Assembly: GCA_002104905.1 (NCBI GenBank) | Contig: MCFE01000083.1 | Span: 114,485 to 178,484 of the forward strand | Direction: 5' to 3' | Source: Basidiobolus meristosporus CBS 931.73 | Taxonomy: Eukaryota > Fungi > Basidiobolomycota | Length of the DNA: 64,000 nucleotides | Part shown: in pieces, positions 24,953-38,588 of the stretch | Layout of the letters: each line of letters begins with the position of its first letter | Numbering within the stretch: the first letter of the stretch is position 1 | The notes under the pieces: generated by a model | What the model saw: only the letters and a program-made list of their open reading frames with translations | The model's database searches: none | What the model was told of the DNA's origin: nothing | Program-made: the position numbers and the translations under genes

Positions 24953-26506
24953 TCACAATGCCAACGGCTCCGCCTTGATATCCGCCCCTTCCAACTCTCC
25001 AAGCTCAGCGCGGGGACGTTTCGGCTCCCCGGCCGTTTCCAAAGCCTCGGTTTCGGAACTGCTGAATGCTTCCGAATCAAAATTGCTGTTGGACTCCGAC
25101 TCGACTTCTCCGTGGACTCTCATATGCTGGTGCAGATTATCGCTCCTGGTGAAGCCTTTCCCGCATTCCTCTATGGGGCATAGGTACGGCCTCTCGCCTG
25201 TGTGAGTACGAAGATGTCTCTTCAAGTGCTCGTAACGTTTGAACCGCCTTTTGCACAGACTGAACGTACACGCGTAGTTCTTCAACTCTCCAGTGGACTG
25301 TCTTCGGACTGGCAAAAATGATCGATCATACAGCTTCTCGCTTTGGTACTGATTTGTCATAGGCGCTGCCCAGGTGGCATTCCTTACTAGGGATCTATTT
25401 CGACGCTGTTTATACCCAACCGGCCCTTTGAATGCATTCAGCAGGCTCATGGGCGGCCTGGTGCGGTCTATGTGGTTCCACCTCTGAAAAGCCCCTGGAG
25501 ACATATTGAAATCTGCGGTGTCCAGGACTTGACTGCTTGACTGGGATACATCGTTGTTCATCAGGGACATCGGGTTACTCAAAAGCTTGTTGAGGATTCG
25601 CAGCTCTTGGAAGTCTTCGCTCATAGGATTGTACGTGGGGCAGTAAATCGAATCAAGACTTTCGTGAGACTCGCTCTGCGATTGCCCGGACGCACCCAAC
25701 ATGCTTTGAGGATTATCTTGAAGCGAGAGAGTGAAATCCAAGGTGAATGGGTCGTATGCAGCCGAGCCTGTGGGTTCAATGTAGCCCATCTCATTAGGGG
25801 AAGCTGACCAGAGTGAGCTTGGTACCCAGGCATTGACCGCCGGGCTTATCCCGGTCATGGAAGTTGCATCCTGGTGATATCCTCCGAAGTCAGGGTTAGG
25901 ATCAACCACTGGCGTGGCTGACGGAGTTACCAGTCCGGATCCTGACGAGTCGGAGGAGCCACTGAAAGAATCGCTCATACTGTAGCTCAGATAGTCTGAA
26001 GGAGGGGTGATTGGCACCGTCATGGCGCTTTGAGGGTGAACCGGGATCGTAGTAGGCTCGATCCCCAGTGCTTCTCTCTTCAGATCACGCTCCAAGGCGT
26101 CCATGAAAAGACGATCATGTGGAACAGAGTACCAGAAGAACACCTTTTGCTTCTTCTGGGTACGAATGCAATTGTTCTTGTACAGCATCTCCAAGAATTC
26201 CGACCTAGGCTCCTCCAGCTTTGCATCCGTCCCCGGCTTGAGATTGCGCAGATCACTGAATACTCCCTCCTCGAATTTCTTGACGTTTTTCACGGGACGC
26301 CCGATGGCCTGAAAACGGAACACCAAGCAGCGTACGATGTCGGTGCCAGTAATGTAAAAGAGATCGTTCCACAGGATGCATGAGATGTATTCCCCGTTGG
26401 GAAGCATGAACCTTCTGATGGTGTGACCAGGGTCCCAGTTTGTCGGTGCAGTGGCCAGGAACAGCTGCATCTGCTCCACCTGCTCGGGACTTGCTTGGTC
26501 AGCCAT
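24953..26506 (-). CDS. STE12: Ste12/SteA-type transcription factor (STE domain + two C2H2 fingers), intronless
   Basis: STE domain ([64 protein letters not shown]) and fingers C..C...[19 protein letters not shown]. Confidence 0.95.
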   Translation of the reverse strand: MADQASPEQVEQMQLFLATAPTNWDPGHTIRRFMLPNGEYISCILWNDLFYITGTDIVRCLVFRFQAIGRPVKNVKKFEEGVFSDLRNLKPGTDAKLEEPRSEFLEMLYKNNCIRTQKKQKVFFWYSVPHDRLFMDALERDLKREALGIEPTTIPVHPQSAMTVPITPPSDYLSYSMSDSFSGSSDSSGSGLVTPSATPVVDPNPDFGGYHQDATSMTGISPAVNAWVPSSLWSASPNEMGYIEPTGSAAYDPFTLDFTLSLQDNPQSMLGASGQSQSESHESLDSIYCPTYNPMSEDFQELRILNKLLSNPMSLMNNDVSQSSSQVLDTADFNMSPGAFQRWNHIDRTRPPMSLLNAFKGPVGYKQRRNRSLVRNATWAAPMTNQYQSEKLYDRSFLPVRRQSTGELKNYACTFSLCKRRFKRYEHLKRHLRTHTGERPYLCPIEECGKGFTRSDNLHQHMRVHGEVESESNSNFDSEAFSSSETEALETAGEPKRPRAELGELEGADIKAEPLAL

Positions 26507-28065
26507 GTTTCGGGCAATATTCTTGAAATGGTTCAGTACGGAAGGGCGGGGCGAGTTCCCAAAAATATTCCTTGAGATAGATAGGATATGTTGGGGATAG
26601 GATGATATTGCCCAGGAAAAGCAACCCGGATACTTGGATGCAACAGTATTCGCCTTTCAACTAGATTTTTCCCGTTGGCTCGATGCTTGAGCAAGGCAGA
26701 AGCAAAATTTCCAAAGTTTTCCACCCCTCGACCAGCATTTTGACATTTATAGAACGGGGTTGAGAATGGCTTAGTTCCTTCGTTTCAAGTTGTGCTTACA
26801 TGGAATGATCAAACACCGCCCTGGTATTCTCCAGCATAGGGTGGGAATGTATCAGTGATCTCACGCTTAATTTGACAAATGAGGTACAACTTTTTGGCGC
26901 TGTCTGCGATGGATCCCGGCTCTTCCTCTCCTCCAAAGTATGTTGGGCTTGATACCATACTGGCCGAACGCGTTAGATTCTCGACGTCTACTATGGCCGA
27001 CCAAGAGGACAGTTGTGAATACCCACGGCAAGGACGTACTTGCACTCAATCATATGTACACAGCTACCAAGGGTGAATGGGAATCACCAAGATCTCCATA
27101 CGCATTTGCCTCTTTTCTCGTTTCATCGTCAAACATCATCGGGATTGGTGCAGAAAGGAAACAACCACTCCAAATCCCACCGAGGCAATATAGCACTATT
27201 CCCAAACGGAACCCGTATATGCATCACGTGAAGGCCGTTCATGATCTGTGCTCGAGAGAATCGTTGTAAGTTGGCCATGAAACACCGCTCATCCACAATG
27301 CTCACCATGCAATGCAGTATGATACATGCGGATGTCGTTTCAGGATAATTCATTCCAACATTTATTAACCGATCTTTGTTTTACACTAAAGCGGCACTCA
27401 CCAACGAGCTGGCCGAGACAAGAGGATGGATAGTGTGGTGACGTTTACTGGCCGATCAGAGTGGAACATGAATTTCAGTCCTGTGCCATATTGATCTGAA
27501 GAATGCGCGCCATCGTGATGAGGGAGATATCTGGCAATCGGAACGCCCGACTCGAGCATCGTCCCCACATTAGCAGCAGTCACACCAAAGACCCACGGCA
27601 GTATCGGTGGTATGAGGCACTCTTTCCTTTCAAGGTGTGGCAATGATGAAGGTTACACATCAGCGCTGTTCGTACGTATCACTTGATTAATGCTGGTGAA
27701 TGTTTATGGAACGGCAAGCAGCCTAGTGGTCAGGGACGTTGGTATCTTGATGAGGGGTGATGAGGGACGTAAGTAGCATCTCGATGATGAAGGAGGACAT
27801 AATTGGTATGTAGATGATGATATCGGCCAGTGTGATCAATGATAGCAACCGGATCCACAGGACTGATTTTATGCTGTACAAAATGAGAGATTTGATAGGG
27901 GAGAGATTTATACCCTAACCATGTGATGCGTTTAAACCCACGACTTCTGGATAAGCGGATCAGTTAGGAATGCATCAAACTAATTAAGGCCAAGGTTAAA
28001 CTTCGTAGCGGGGAGTATTAGGAGCTGGTTATATTCCGGAAAGCGAGGGAGATAAAATGGCATCT

Positions 28066-28133
28066 CCAGATTCACGAGCGGATGTAACAACACACGAAGC
28101 CAGATTCACGAGCGGATGTAACAACACACGAAG
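28066..28133 (+). repeat. Perfect 34-bp tandem duplication
   Basis: CCAGATTCACGAGCGGATGTAACAACACACGAAG occurs twice with no spacer. Confidence 0.95.
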
Positions 28134-29500
28134 ATGAGAATGGATAGATGTGCTGGTTCTGGGGGAGCCCAGCTCCGCACAAATATGGAGATTAGGGCAC
28201 AGAAAAACCATTTTCCATCAAGTGGTCGGGCTGGGAAATTAGAAGCTGGACCAAGCTGCAAGAACCATTTAGCGTCCCCGTGGCCAAAGTCAAACAATTG
28301 TGGCAACCCATCCGACCGGTCCCATAGGGCTCCAGTATGGAACCAGATCTGATGGGATGAATTATTAAGCAAAATGATGATCCAGCTGGGATGGAATCAT
28401 TCCAAGGACCAAAATGTCAATCACTACCACAAGGCATCCAACCACATTACTAATTCCTCGATACTCCAGAGGCCTAAGAATCGAACCGACTCCATCATGA
28501 CCACGTGCATCCTAATCGGACAAGAACATGGCGAGCTGATTTGTTGAAGACTGGAGTCTCCAAAATAGGTCAGATTCCTTTCGCAATCCTAGCCTGGTTT
28601 TACTCGATTTTCGGCCAGCTCCTCATTGGCCAGCTCTCCCGACCGTCTCGTTATGGTTGCGGAAATCGACGGACAGAACACCAAGTGCCAGAAATTTGAG
28701 CATGAGCCAAAGCAACCCCGTGTAACTCTACAACGACACGGGCTGTGGGTGAACATTTCACGCCGACGTTCTACTACCACCATCACAGCCAACCACCAAC
28801 TTCAAATGGCTCTTTGACCAATCCCTGATGGCAACCCCCTACGGAGACCTCCTTTTAATAGCAAGTGGATAATTGACGTGATACAGCAAGTAGGTGCAGG
28901 CCCAACTCTAAATCGAGAGCACAAGCTTTGGACATCCTCACGGTATATGATTCACCTAGTGAAAGATACGATTTCTTCCTTGGGAACGAATCAAGCTATC
29001 AGTATCTTAATCCGTTCGCAGCACTGTATGATGTGAGTTTGAATCATTGCTATCATCATTATTAATGTGATGTGGTACCAATATCTTATTTGATTGCAGA
29101 TGCCAGTCACAAAGTTAAATCAGGGTCTTCATTGCAACATAAACATTATTGACCCAATGGCTATCCCGAATGGGAATAGGATCTCCCAATCAACTGATCG
29201 AGAATTAACGATATTCGCAATTACTAATGATTCAACTTAAATTGATTATGTGGCCTTTATAGGTGAGCCACACAACATAAGTCAACGGGGCAGCTTTTTG
29301 TAGTCAAAATTTCCATACTTGGCCAGGAAGAAAACTGGCTCGATTTGGTATATCTGAATATCCAGATATACTTCGGCCACCGTGGATTGGCTGAGGTTGC
29401 CGGGACCGCTTCTGATGTGTTGTATGGTGGCACTGGCCGGAATATATATATAGGTGGCGGTGGCTCTACAATGACTACATACATTGTCCTTTAATTAAGA

Positions 29501-30475
29501 ATGGCTACGCTTGATATTATTCTTCCTTGGGAAGAGGTCACTGTTAACGGCTCCCGCGCAGAATCCAATGGTGGACTTCTCGAGGGAATGGTCCTCCTCA
29601 CAGTTAACAAGCCAACTAAGGTCAATTCCATCACATTGCGTTTCTTGGGTTACCTAGATATGTTTGTCGAGTCCGAGGGGTGGATCAACAGTACCATCGC
29701 ACAACATGATTGGTCCTTTTTCAAAGCTACCGAGAACAAACCTCAGGTGCTGGCTCCTGGTTGTTACAGGTACCCATTCACAATGCAACTCCCCGGAAAC
29801 ACTCCTGAGAGCGTTCACTGCCAAAACGGCATCATCAGCTACGGCTTCGTCGCCACAGTTGAAAGATCCCTATTTTCGTTTAACTTGGTCAAGAAGAAGC
29901 GTATCTGTATAAAGCGCAACCTAATCGGTGGTAAACTGGAGTTGATGGACCCGGTGATTTCTGCTGGCGCAGCCAGGGGAAAGCTAGAGTACTTTTTCAA
30001 CCTTCCTTCCGGGTGCTTCCTTCCTGGTCAGGACATACCGGTCACCCTGCGGATGGTTCCCAACTCCAAGTATTCTCTGGAGTCCATCAACACCTCTCTC
30101 ATAGAGGTCAGGAAGTTCGCCCTTCCCTGCCGCGGGTTCGAGAAGCAGTACGTCTCCGAAATCAGCACCCAGAAGATCACCGATCCTATCTGCAAGCTTG
30201 GCGAATTCAGCCACACCATCGTGTTGCCTACAGATACCCGCACGTTGAATCCAGACTGCCAGACTTCTCAGATCAACATCTTGCATCAAATACAATGCCA
30301 AGTGATCCTGGTTGATCGTAACACCCACAAGCGCGAGCAGCTGAGCATCTCATGGCCAGTTATCATCATCCCCAGCACGCTCAAGGATCCTTTCGAGCCA
30401 CTGCCTATCTACGTTCCCCCACCTCCATACACCATGGGAATGCCGCCCAACTACAATACCTCGATTGTTGCCTAA
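29501..30475 (+). CDS. Alpha-arrestin (ART-like adaptor)
   Basis: Arrestin-N pattern (LEGMVLLTV.KP, PG.YRYPFT.QLPGNTPES, GIISY) and C-terminal PPxY motifs (PPPPY, PPNY). Confidence 0.88.
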   Translation: MATLDIILPWEEVTVNGSRAESNGGLLEGMVLLTVNKPTKVNSITLRFLGYLDMFVESEGWINSTIAQHDWSFFKATENKPQVLAPGCYRYPFTMQLPGNTPESVHCQNGIISYGFVATVERSLFSFNLVKKKRICIKRNLIGGKLELMDPVISAGAARGKLEYFFNLPSGCFLPGQDIPVTLRMVPNSKYSLESINTSLIEVRKFALPCRGFEKQYVSEISTQKITDPICKLGEFSHTIVLPTDTRTLNPDCQTSQINILHQIQCQVILVDRNTHKREQLSISWPVIIIPSTLKDPFEPLPIYVPPPPYTMGMPPNYNTSIVA

Positions 30476-30918
30476 ATGACAACCACTCATACTTGTACAC
30501 ATCACTATCCTAGAATAGCTACAACCACTCCTCTAATTTGATTGTTAATATAGCCATATCTCTTGATATTTTGTGCCGAAGCACAATTATCAGCTGTATA
30601 CATTATCCTTCTAGATTGTATTAGAGCAATAAATTGCACAATTGAACTTTATGATTAAGCGTGGAGCGTGGAATTTTCTTCAACTTGACTTTATTCCAGG
30701 TCGGATTAAGTTAAGCATATAACCTAGAATTTTCTTGGATGAATCAATCTAGAATCTACGTGTCTTCTGCCCTGTGACTGTTCAGGGTGATTGTTTATTA
30801 GTGGGAAGAAGCGATGAGCCGCCGTCCAATAAAAACTCGTGGTGCCCCCTCCAGCCTGATCAACACGTTTTGGAGGGAACTTTCCCTCTTGATTTCTCCT
30901 GAGCTGGAATAGAACATC

Positions 30919-32614
30919 ATGACCGGTGGCGGAAAGGAATTACAGGCTTACTTGAACAGTCTACCAGAATGGAACTCAGCGTCGCGTATCTCCTCGTTGT
31001 TTTCCGACTTCTCCATGTCGAAGGAGCTCAACCGAGTGGGTTACGAGGCGAACGTAAACTTCTGGAAAAAGGTCCTCGTGGAAAGTTCCAAACGGGGCTT
31101 GCTACCTAGCAGAGATAGAAATACCGGCTATGACGTGCTCTGCTTGAATGTCGATGGCTTGGAAGAGGTATTCAAAAAGAACGGAGATACCCCTATGGGC
31201 CTTGAGGAAGTGGTGGTAGGGTTTGGCTGTTTATTATGATCGCAGCGTAGTTTCTTTTTCAAAACCACCCAAACCTTCTCTAATCCCTTCTTTTTTTATT
31301 GGTGAAGGCTGAGATGAACGATTCAGGAGAGCTAACTCCCATCACAGTCTTCACTGGTGGACAGGATGGTTGGGGATCTTGGTTGGTTGATACCTTGCTG
31401 ACTTCCCCCTTGCTCTGGGGCCTACAAAAGCTTAGTCTCAGCGACAACTCAAAAAGCAAAGGCTCAAAGACCAAATATGTCCTCATGCACCTTCTAAAGG
31501 TACAATTCTTCAAGAATTTCCTGTGTTGACCGCTTCAGCTAAAGTCCCGACCAACTATTTTAGGAAGCAGGGGACAAGGCAAGTCGTTTACAGGCGGAGA
31601 GTTCCACTTTCGGGGTTACGGATTGCCTGATGAGCTTTCAGGAATTTCAAGACAAATTCGAAGGCAACATCTTCGAGGGGGTTCAACTTTCTGAAGACGA
31701 CATCCACGTGCTGATTCGATATTTGGAAAAGAACCGTAAAGCAGTGGCCATACGGTACAAAACCACCGAGAACTCACCGCCACAGCTTCATGATATGGTA
31801 TGATAGCTGGTTGATCTCGCTTACTGACCGCTCACTAATTCCTACTGGCCAGGTCATCAAATTCGTCCACTCGAATAGCCAGAAAGTCCAAATCACCGAA
31901 TCCGACCTTGGCATTGTTCAAATCAAGGAAACCCGAACTGCCATCGAGAAGCAGATCTCAGACATCCAATCCCGTATTTTGCAGCTTACGGAAAAGGCCA
32001 AGGAGTACCTCTCACGCGAACAGAAGACCAGTGCATTGTCTTGTCTACGCCAGCGGAAGCAGTTGAATCAGGTGCTCGAGAAAAGAAGCGCGTCCTTTGA
32101 GACAATGGATAGTATCCTGTTGAAGATCCAAACCGCCGAAAGCGATGCCGAGGTAGAAAAGAGAAGCTATTATGACATACGAGCATATCTTCTAATCCCT
32201 ACATTTCTTCTGCGCTAGATATACAAAGCTTACGACGTGGGGGCAAACACGTTGAAGTCGGTTATGGCATCAACTGGATTAACCGTCGAATCAATCGACG
32301 AAACCATCGACAAGCTTCAGGACGTGATGGCAGACCAAGAAGAGATTGAGCAAGCAATGGTGAGCGGCATGGAGAGTATACAGGGTGCACCTCTTGGCTT
32401 GGGTGAAGAGGAGATGGGCGAGCTAGAATCCGAGTTGGATCTGTTGTTAGAGCAAGAAAACCAAGAACAGGCTCAACAGGTGGTCAACGATTTACCCGAT
32501 GTTCCAGCTGAGCCACTCCCCGAGCAAAAGGCCTCTCCCGTCGATGCGGCAGAGCCAGAGCCAGAGCCAGAGTCAGAGGCATCTCACAAAGAGGCTCTCC
32601 TAGAAGCTAGCTGA
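30919..32614 (+). CDS. CHMP7: CHMP7 (ESCRT-II/III hybrid), spliced
   Basis: N-terminal motifs (SRISSLFSDF, GYEANVNFWK, TPMGL) followed by a Snf7 domain (ALSCLRQRKQL, ILLKIQTAESDAE, IDETIDKLQDVMADQEEI). Confidence 0.87.
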
Positions 32615-32737
32615 GCCTCAATACCTGTAAACAGTGTCAAGTTAGTTCGCACCGATCGCAACCTTAATATGTATAGGACGTAAACAAATGTATCCTTGGG
32701 CTTGGTTTTATTGGGACATATCCAAATAAACAATACT

Positions 32738-34159
32738 CTAGTGGCGCCTAATTAATTTACCAAGGATGTGGCGATCCAACACAGTGTAGGAACCGCTGAT
32801 GACAATAAATAATCTATAAACAAATGGAAACCAGTAATGGTTCTGGATTGTGTAGTCGGTGACGGGATAGATTCCGATCAGGTCGAGCTTCGTCAATCCC
32901 AACAGGGGAACAATGGTTGGTAGGGTTGTACCAATGACCAGCATCAAGCCCACATTGGCGATGATATGTCCCATGCTGGTGTTTCCCCAGGTTGGCCGAA
33001 TCTTCCGTATGGGCTCAATCTGGTAGCACCCGACAATTAATGCGAGAACAAAATATACAACCAAGCCAAACTCCCCCATAGCTTCTACCAGCCGGTCGCC
33101 CTTCAATGCGCTAATCCCGGAAAACTCCCGATACTGCTCCAGTGTGGACGACTCGCCCCTGATGGAATACACGCCCTTTATCAGGCTCATGGATACTACA
33201 CAGATGAATAACAGCCACCCAAAGGTGCTTGTTGCAAGGGCTAGCACATAGGCCGCGTTTCGCCGGAATGGTGAGCTCTTAGCCTTGTGTCTCTTTTCAT
33301 CGAGGGTTCGTTCAAGGCTGTGGATGTCCCCTTTCAGCTCTTTTAGAACGGTAAAGATGCTTCTGGTGGTGTTGCTCACCAACGTACGAGTGTTGTCGAA
33401 ACACACTCGCTGAGAGTCATCGAACATATGCTTGCGCAGTTTTGCCTGATGGACCTCTAACCGTTGCTGTAGCACGTCTCGGTCTCTCTCTAGGTGGAGT
33501 ACCTTCTCCACGGCATCCCGGTGATCCATTTTGGTCAGGGGAATAGTGTGGGTCCATTCGAAGATTGTGGTGATTCCCTGGGGAATCGTATAGCAGGAGA
33601 ATACTGCGACTGTAGAGCAAATCCACCAATGTAGTATTACAGAGTAGGATCTATGTTCCAACCCTAGCATACCTCTCATCACAAATACCAGTATGATCGC
33701 TAATGCGCTAACCATCACAAACACCGACAGCGCCTCATATAACTTCCCCAGAAAGCCTTTGAAGAGATCGGTTTCCATGTAGAAATAGGCCAACGGCAGC
33801 AGCCCAAACAAGGAAAAGATCGCGCCAAAGAATGTGTACTCCGCGATGGAGGTAAGCAGACTGGCGTCCAACCAATTCAAGTAGAAGTTTTGGGAAATCA
33901 AGGGTAATATATACAGGATCACCACGGTGACTGGTATCAACAGGAACGCAACGATGGCGAATGTCAGCCCGCACGAGCACAACAGCCTAGGGACTAGGGT
34001 CTCGTTGCGGTCTTCGTCCGAGCTGTCATTGTGTTGGGACCGAAACTTCCCGATGATGCGATATGCTGATGCTGCTGTGCACAAGAAGAACAAAAACACC
34101 AAGATTCCTTCTCGGACTTGGGTATAGAATTCTTCTCCATGGGCTTTGTACGGGACCAT
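32738..34159 (-). CDS. LMBR1: LMBR1/LIMR-family multi-pass membrane protein
   Basis: QVREGILVFL, LLIPVT, NFYLNWLDASLL, LPLAYFYMET, LPTIVPLLGLTKLDLIG; multiple TM helices. Confidence 0.82.
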   Translation of the reverse strand: MVPYKAHGEEFYTQVREGILVFLFFLCTAASAYRIIGKFRSQHNDSSDEDRNETLVPRLLCSCGLTFAIVAFLLIPVTVVILYILPLISQNFYLNWLDASLLTSIAEYTFFGAIFSLFGLLPLAYFYMETDLFKGFLGKLYEALSVFVMVSALAIILVFVMRGMLGLEHRSYSVILHWWICSTVAVFSCYTIPQGITTIFEWTHTIPLTKMDHRDAVEKVLHLERDRDVLQQRLEVHQAKLRKHMFDDSQRVCFDNTRTLVSNTTRSIFTVLKELKGDIHSLERTLDEKRHKAKSSPFRRNAAYVLALATSTFGWLLFICVVSMSLIKGVYSIRGESSTLEQYREFSGISALKGDRLVEAMGEFGLVVYFVLALIVGCYQIEPIRKIRPTWGNTSMGHIIANVGLMLVIGTTLPTIVPLLGLTKLDLIGIYPVTDYTIQNHYWFPFVYRLFIVISGSYTVLDRHILGKLIRRH

Positions 34160-34544
34160 TTACTTGATTATTAAGGATGTTTACAGAGTTTAGCGAGGGG
34201 AGGTATCATGCAATGAAGGAATAGTCTCGAGTGCGGGGCTCAGCAATAAATAACAAAGTGTAGGAAATAAAGAGTTGAGAGCTCGGCCAATTTAATGGCT
34301 TCGGGATGTATCAACGCTCAGATGCATTCATAATCATAGGAAATAGTCCCAGCCCTCTCGATGATTCGTGGAAATTCTACGAGGAAAGCTGGGTCTGATC
34401 AGTATGTCATCAAACAATCTGGAGTAGATCGGGCCCCTCTAGATGGCAGAGTTGTTGTGCAAGCTGCAGTTGCTGTGTGAATCTCACTTCATCAAACAAT
34501 AGGAGCTGTGTCGGGGATATGCTTATCCTGGCGTGGTGAGGGTA

Positions 34545-34646
34545 GTGGTTTTGCCTGGATTGGACTTACATGGACTTCTGCTTCATGATTAGTTGTGTGG
34601 TTTTGTCTGGATGTGGCTTACATTTGCCTCTGCTTCATGATTAGTT
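34545..34646 (+). repeat. Imperfect 52-bp tandem repeat in the divergent LMBR1-ELMO intergenic region
   Basis: GTGGTTTTG.CTGGAT...CTGCTTCATGATTAGTT occurs twice. Confidence 0.8.
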
Positions 34647-34770
34647 AAACATGAAATAAACTAGGTTTGGAATCGGCAGGCCCACATATTCGTTGGTTAA
34701 GGAGATAGGGAGTACATGCTGGATATCCACTCTGGTCAGTTTCCTTTCTTCTGCCATCGAACTTGCAGCC

Positions 34771-37498
34771 ATGTCAGAAAGCAAAGCTGAAAACGTGCAT
34801 CAACTCTCACTTGCGATATCCTTCGAAAACCGATCCATTCAGGCGACCGTAGATTTAAATTCCTCCTATTCTTCTTTACTCAAGTATATATGCGGCCAGC
34901 TATTCAAACTGCCCTCTCCCGATAACTTTGCTTTAAGGGTTGGTGAGACTGAAGAGCTCGTGACCGAGGAAGTATGTCTCCTCTTACGAAATCGACTCCT
35001 TGACAAACGTCCCTTCAACCTCGAATTTACTTTCTAGAACTATCGGAGAAGATTGAGAGTTGCCAAATCTCTGAAAGTGGTCTCTGCACCCACAGTCGAG
35101 GCTAGAGAGCTGTTCGAAAAACTAGGAACCACAGAAGAGAAGAGTTTAAAGCTGGCGGTATTCTCCATCCAAAAGAATCTGAAAGTAGGTGTGGTACAAG
35201 GTGGACATGTAGCCAAGATACTGGGAATTAAGCGGTTTCTTGCCCCTAGGATGTGGAATTTGTGGACGAGTTTTTGTTGCTGGGCGGGTTGAACTCTCTG
35301 ACAAAGATTATCGGTAGCTCGAATGGAAACGTCTTGGCGTACGCTTTAAATTCTCTCTTGAGCATCATGCAGCACGAGTATGGCTGGGAGAATATTCAGC
35401 CCGAATTTGTTCAAACGGTAGTGGTCGCTCAAGCCTACGTTTGCGTGCATTGCTAACTCTCTATTGTTTCCAGTTGGTGAATATCATCGTCGAGCAAAAC
35501 TTGGTCAACATTTGTCGTCCGGCCACCTCTATCTTGATCAAGCTTGTGTGTGCGGATTCTACGGCGAAATCTGCAGTGCAGTGTTACGGATTCAACTTTG
35601 TTTACTCGGCAATCCTAGACGCGCCGAATTTCTTCAACGTCTTGGTTCATAGATTGAGTGCCGCTGATTATCTGCTTCAAAAAAACAGCTTGACTTTAAT
35701 GAATGGTCTGCTTGACCATGTCACGGACGCACACCGGTTCGACTTGCTCGACAAATTAGAGGAGCTGAGGGTAAAGAAAGCAGTGATGGTAATTCCTCAT
35801 TTCCTAAGTCAGCTGCATCCAGCCCCATCTCTCATCTCCGGTTTCTCCTAGAGCATGATGCAGTCAAACTCTGACGGGGAGATACTGAAGCATTTGCTGG
35901 AGTTCCAAAGGTTAATCATTAGAGATTTGAACAGAAAGAAGAGAAGCAATCCGCTGAATTATCCAAAGCAAAAGGAGATGCTGGAATTCATTTGGACGGC
36001 CGCTTCGATCCCTGGTTCCATGTCTCCAGATTGGTTTATGATCGGCTTTGATGTAAGTTTCTGTCCGGGGAGCCTTCCGATCCATCTTGATTCATGATCC
36101 ATCCTTTATAGACGGAGACTCCCATCAAAGAGCTTCAAAGGGTCGGCTTGCTTGGATTTCTATGCATGCACTCGTTTGTAGATCGTAATCGGGATTTTTA
36201 TGCGAAGGTGCGTGGTGTCTGTCAGGCTGCACGACTTTATTGGACGCTAACCTCCTCAGAAACCTTTCATTGGATTGGACTCTAGTCAATCTTGGAGCAA
36301 GTCAGCAGACAGCCCGAGCGTCGGTGCCCTTTCGCAAAAGTGTGCTTTGAGGTCATAGAGCTCTTGTGTGATTACTGGGATATCAATGTTGGCTGTAAGT
36401 AACTGGTTTCTACGACGCTTCGAAAGAGACAAATGATTTATTCGTATCAAGATACCACGAACACGGTGGTTCAGCCGCTTCTTTTGGCCTTCGACAGCGT
36501 CCATGATATTACTGTGAAAGCATTCTTTCGAATGTGGACTGAGATGAAGGCCACAATCACCGATTTCGCAAAAGTGTCTGCCTTGGTTAGGTCGCAGATA
36601 TTCTTCACATTACGAGATGAACCGAAAATCTATCTTTATCAGTTTGAGCAGTCCATGCTCGAGGTCCCTTACCACGTGGTCAGAGAGCGACAACTCAAAG
36701 AGCTAGAACAAGAGGATGACCTACTGTCGAAATTAGCTGTAAGGTAGGTTGACAAGTAACTTGTGTAGCCTTCCACGAATCGCCATTCATCCCGCCAATC
36801 CATTAGAAACTTGCGAGAACGCTTGTACAAGGAGAGTTATCAATTCGTCAAGGAGCAGAGAATCAGCTGTCTTTCCAACGGAGCCTGGTTCAACTCGGCC
36901 CCCGTAAAGACCAAAGGGAAGCCAACCTATCGTTTCTACAAACTTTCCCCCAACCGGAAATACCTGCACTACGCTGAATTCAGTGACATTTTACCAAATA
37001 AGCTTTCACTAGAACAATTGCCGGAGAAAGGTAAAGCTCCAATTGCTTTCGAATGGGCCATTCTCCACTTATCTAACATATTCATGCATAGTTGATCTAT
37101 CTCTCGTAACCAGCATTGTCACTGGTTCAGCAGCAAGCTCACTTAATCGTAAACCAGCCTCCTCACTAACCAACCCCACTTCCGGGGTAAGCGGCATATA
37201 CAACTTCTCGCTGATGTATGGGCCTGACATCACATTGGCCGAGTTCTACACACCTATCGAGACCCTATTCTCCGAATGGACGGACGGGCTCAATATGCTT
37301 TTTGACAAGAATATCGCCAACAAGGACACCGCAGAGCTGATTCAAAGTTTGACCGAGCTCGAATTGAAGGTGCATCTGCTGGACATTACTGCTGAGCAGG
37401 TGGAATTGCCAAGCTATTGTGAGATCCCTGAGTTACCGTCGAACTTCGATTTCTACTACAGAGATGCATCGAACGAGGGGGGGTCCATCATGAATTAA
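34771..37498 (+). CDS. ELMO: Full-length ELMO/CED-12-like protein (RBD, ARM, ELMO, PH), multi-exon
   Basis: Exons encode EFVDEFLLLGGL, LAYALNSL, RVGLLGFLCM, ERRCPFAKVCFEVIELLCDYWDI, FVKEQRISCLSNGAWF, KLSPNRKYLHYAEF, EWTDGLNML, IPELPSNFDF. Confidence 0.9.
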
Positions 37499-37550
37499 TC
37501 CTAATGTTTATTAATGCTTTGTTCCGATACCCAGCAAGTTGCAGCCAAAG

Positions 37551-38588
37551 TTAGTGGAAGAACTTCATGTAAACGATGAAACAGATGATTAGTATCAATA
37601 ACAAGATAATTGCCGCCGTAATCAATTTGTGTGTCATCATACTTAATGTTAATCAAGTTAGTCGAGATTCAATAAACACCGTCATGTTCCACACTTACCG
37701 ACTGGCCATGGTCTTTAGAGTTCTTGTGGCACGATCGATCGAAGAATCGGCTTCGAATAACTGGTTCGTAATAGGGATTAGACTGGACAATAATCGTAGG
37801 CTAGCAACCGCTTTGGAATTACCGTGTCTCTGGTGTGTTGGATCTGCTCTCTCTGCGACCTAAGATCCCCCAGTATTCCTACTCCCAGGGATTCTAGGAT
37901 TTTGATGTTAGATTACGGGATGCACACGATTATATACGGAATAGCTACCGGTTTCTAGCGCCAATCGATGAGAATCTTGAAGTCGGCGTGACGAGTCTTG
38001 TAGTCTATCGGTTCCGGATAGAAGTCGTGCACGTTGGTCCATACTAGTAGAGTCTAATTCTAATACAGTGTGCCCACCTAACAATTCCTCACGCTCACCA
38101 GACTTGGAGGCGGAGTTTTTCTATAGCCACGTAAGTTTCCGCAATAGGGACGAGGCTTAATGTTTTCCTTCCTACCAGATCCTTTTTAAATTGATTCAGT
38201 TCGGCCTTATACTCGCGTAACTTGGATTGCAAACGCGTGCGTGATGCCTGTGGGAGATTATATAGTTCCATTTCCATTTGCTCCACCTAAAGTTGCATTA
38301 GTTAGTCCACACTGTCAAGAAGAGATCTCTCAAGGTGGAATTTCTACAATTTCATCTGCCTCCTCTAGCTCTCGCTCGGCAGCTCTAATGACTGTTTTCT
38401 TCTCCTCTATAACGCATAACGAAAGGGAAAGGCTATTTAGCCCATACGGAGTACTGATATTATTGATTGGTGAGAACAATACCTCCAGACAGGGAGGGGA
38501 TCTGAGAGGTGAATTTCTTTGAAAGACCATCCCTTAAAACAGCATATTCTTGCTCGTATGTTTCGAAAAGTTCGGAGCCTTCTGACAT
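37551..38588 (-). CDS. VTI1: Qb-SNARE Vti1, multi-exon
   Basis: MSEGSELFETYEQEY, EQMEMELYNLP..RTRLQSKLREYKAEL, DQRARLLSGTDRLQDSSRRLQDSHRLALET, and a C-terminal TM. Confidence 0.9.

Noticed and set aside
28066-28133. 34-bp repeat as a possible CRISPR array
   Set aside because: Only two abutting copies with no spacer, in a eukaryotic context with no cas genes.
30919-37498. Adjacent animal-like genes CHMP7, LMBR1 and ELMO as a functional cluster or HGT block
   Set aside because: They contain introns or look like ordinary ancestral opisthokont genes retained in early-diverging fungi, and nothing in the sequence links them.
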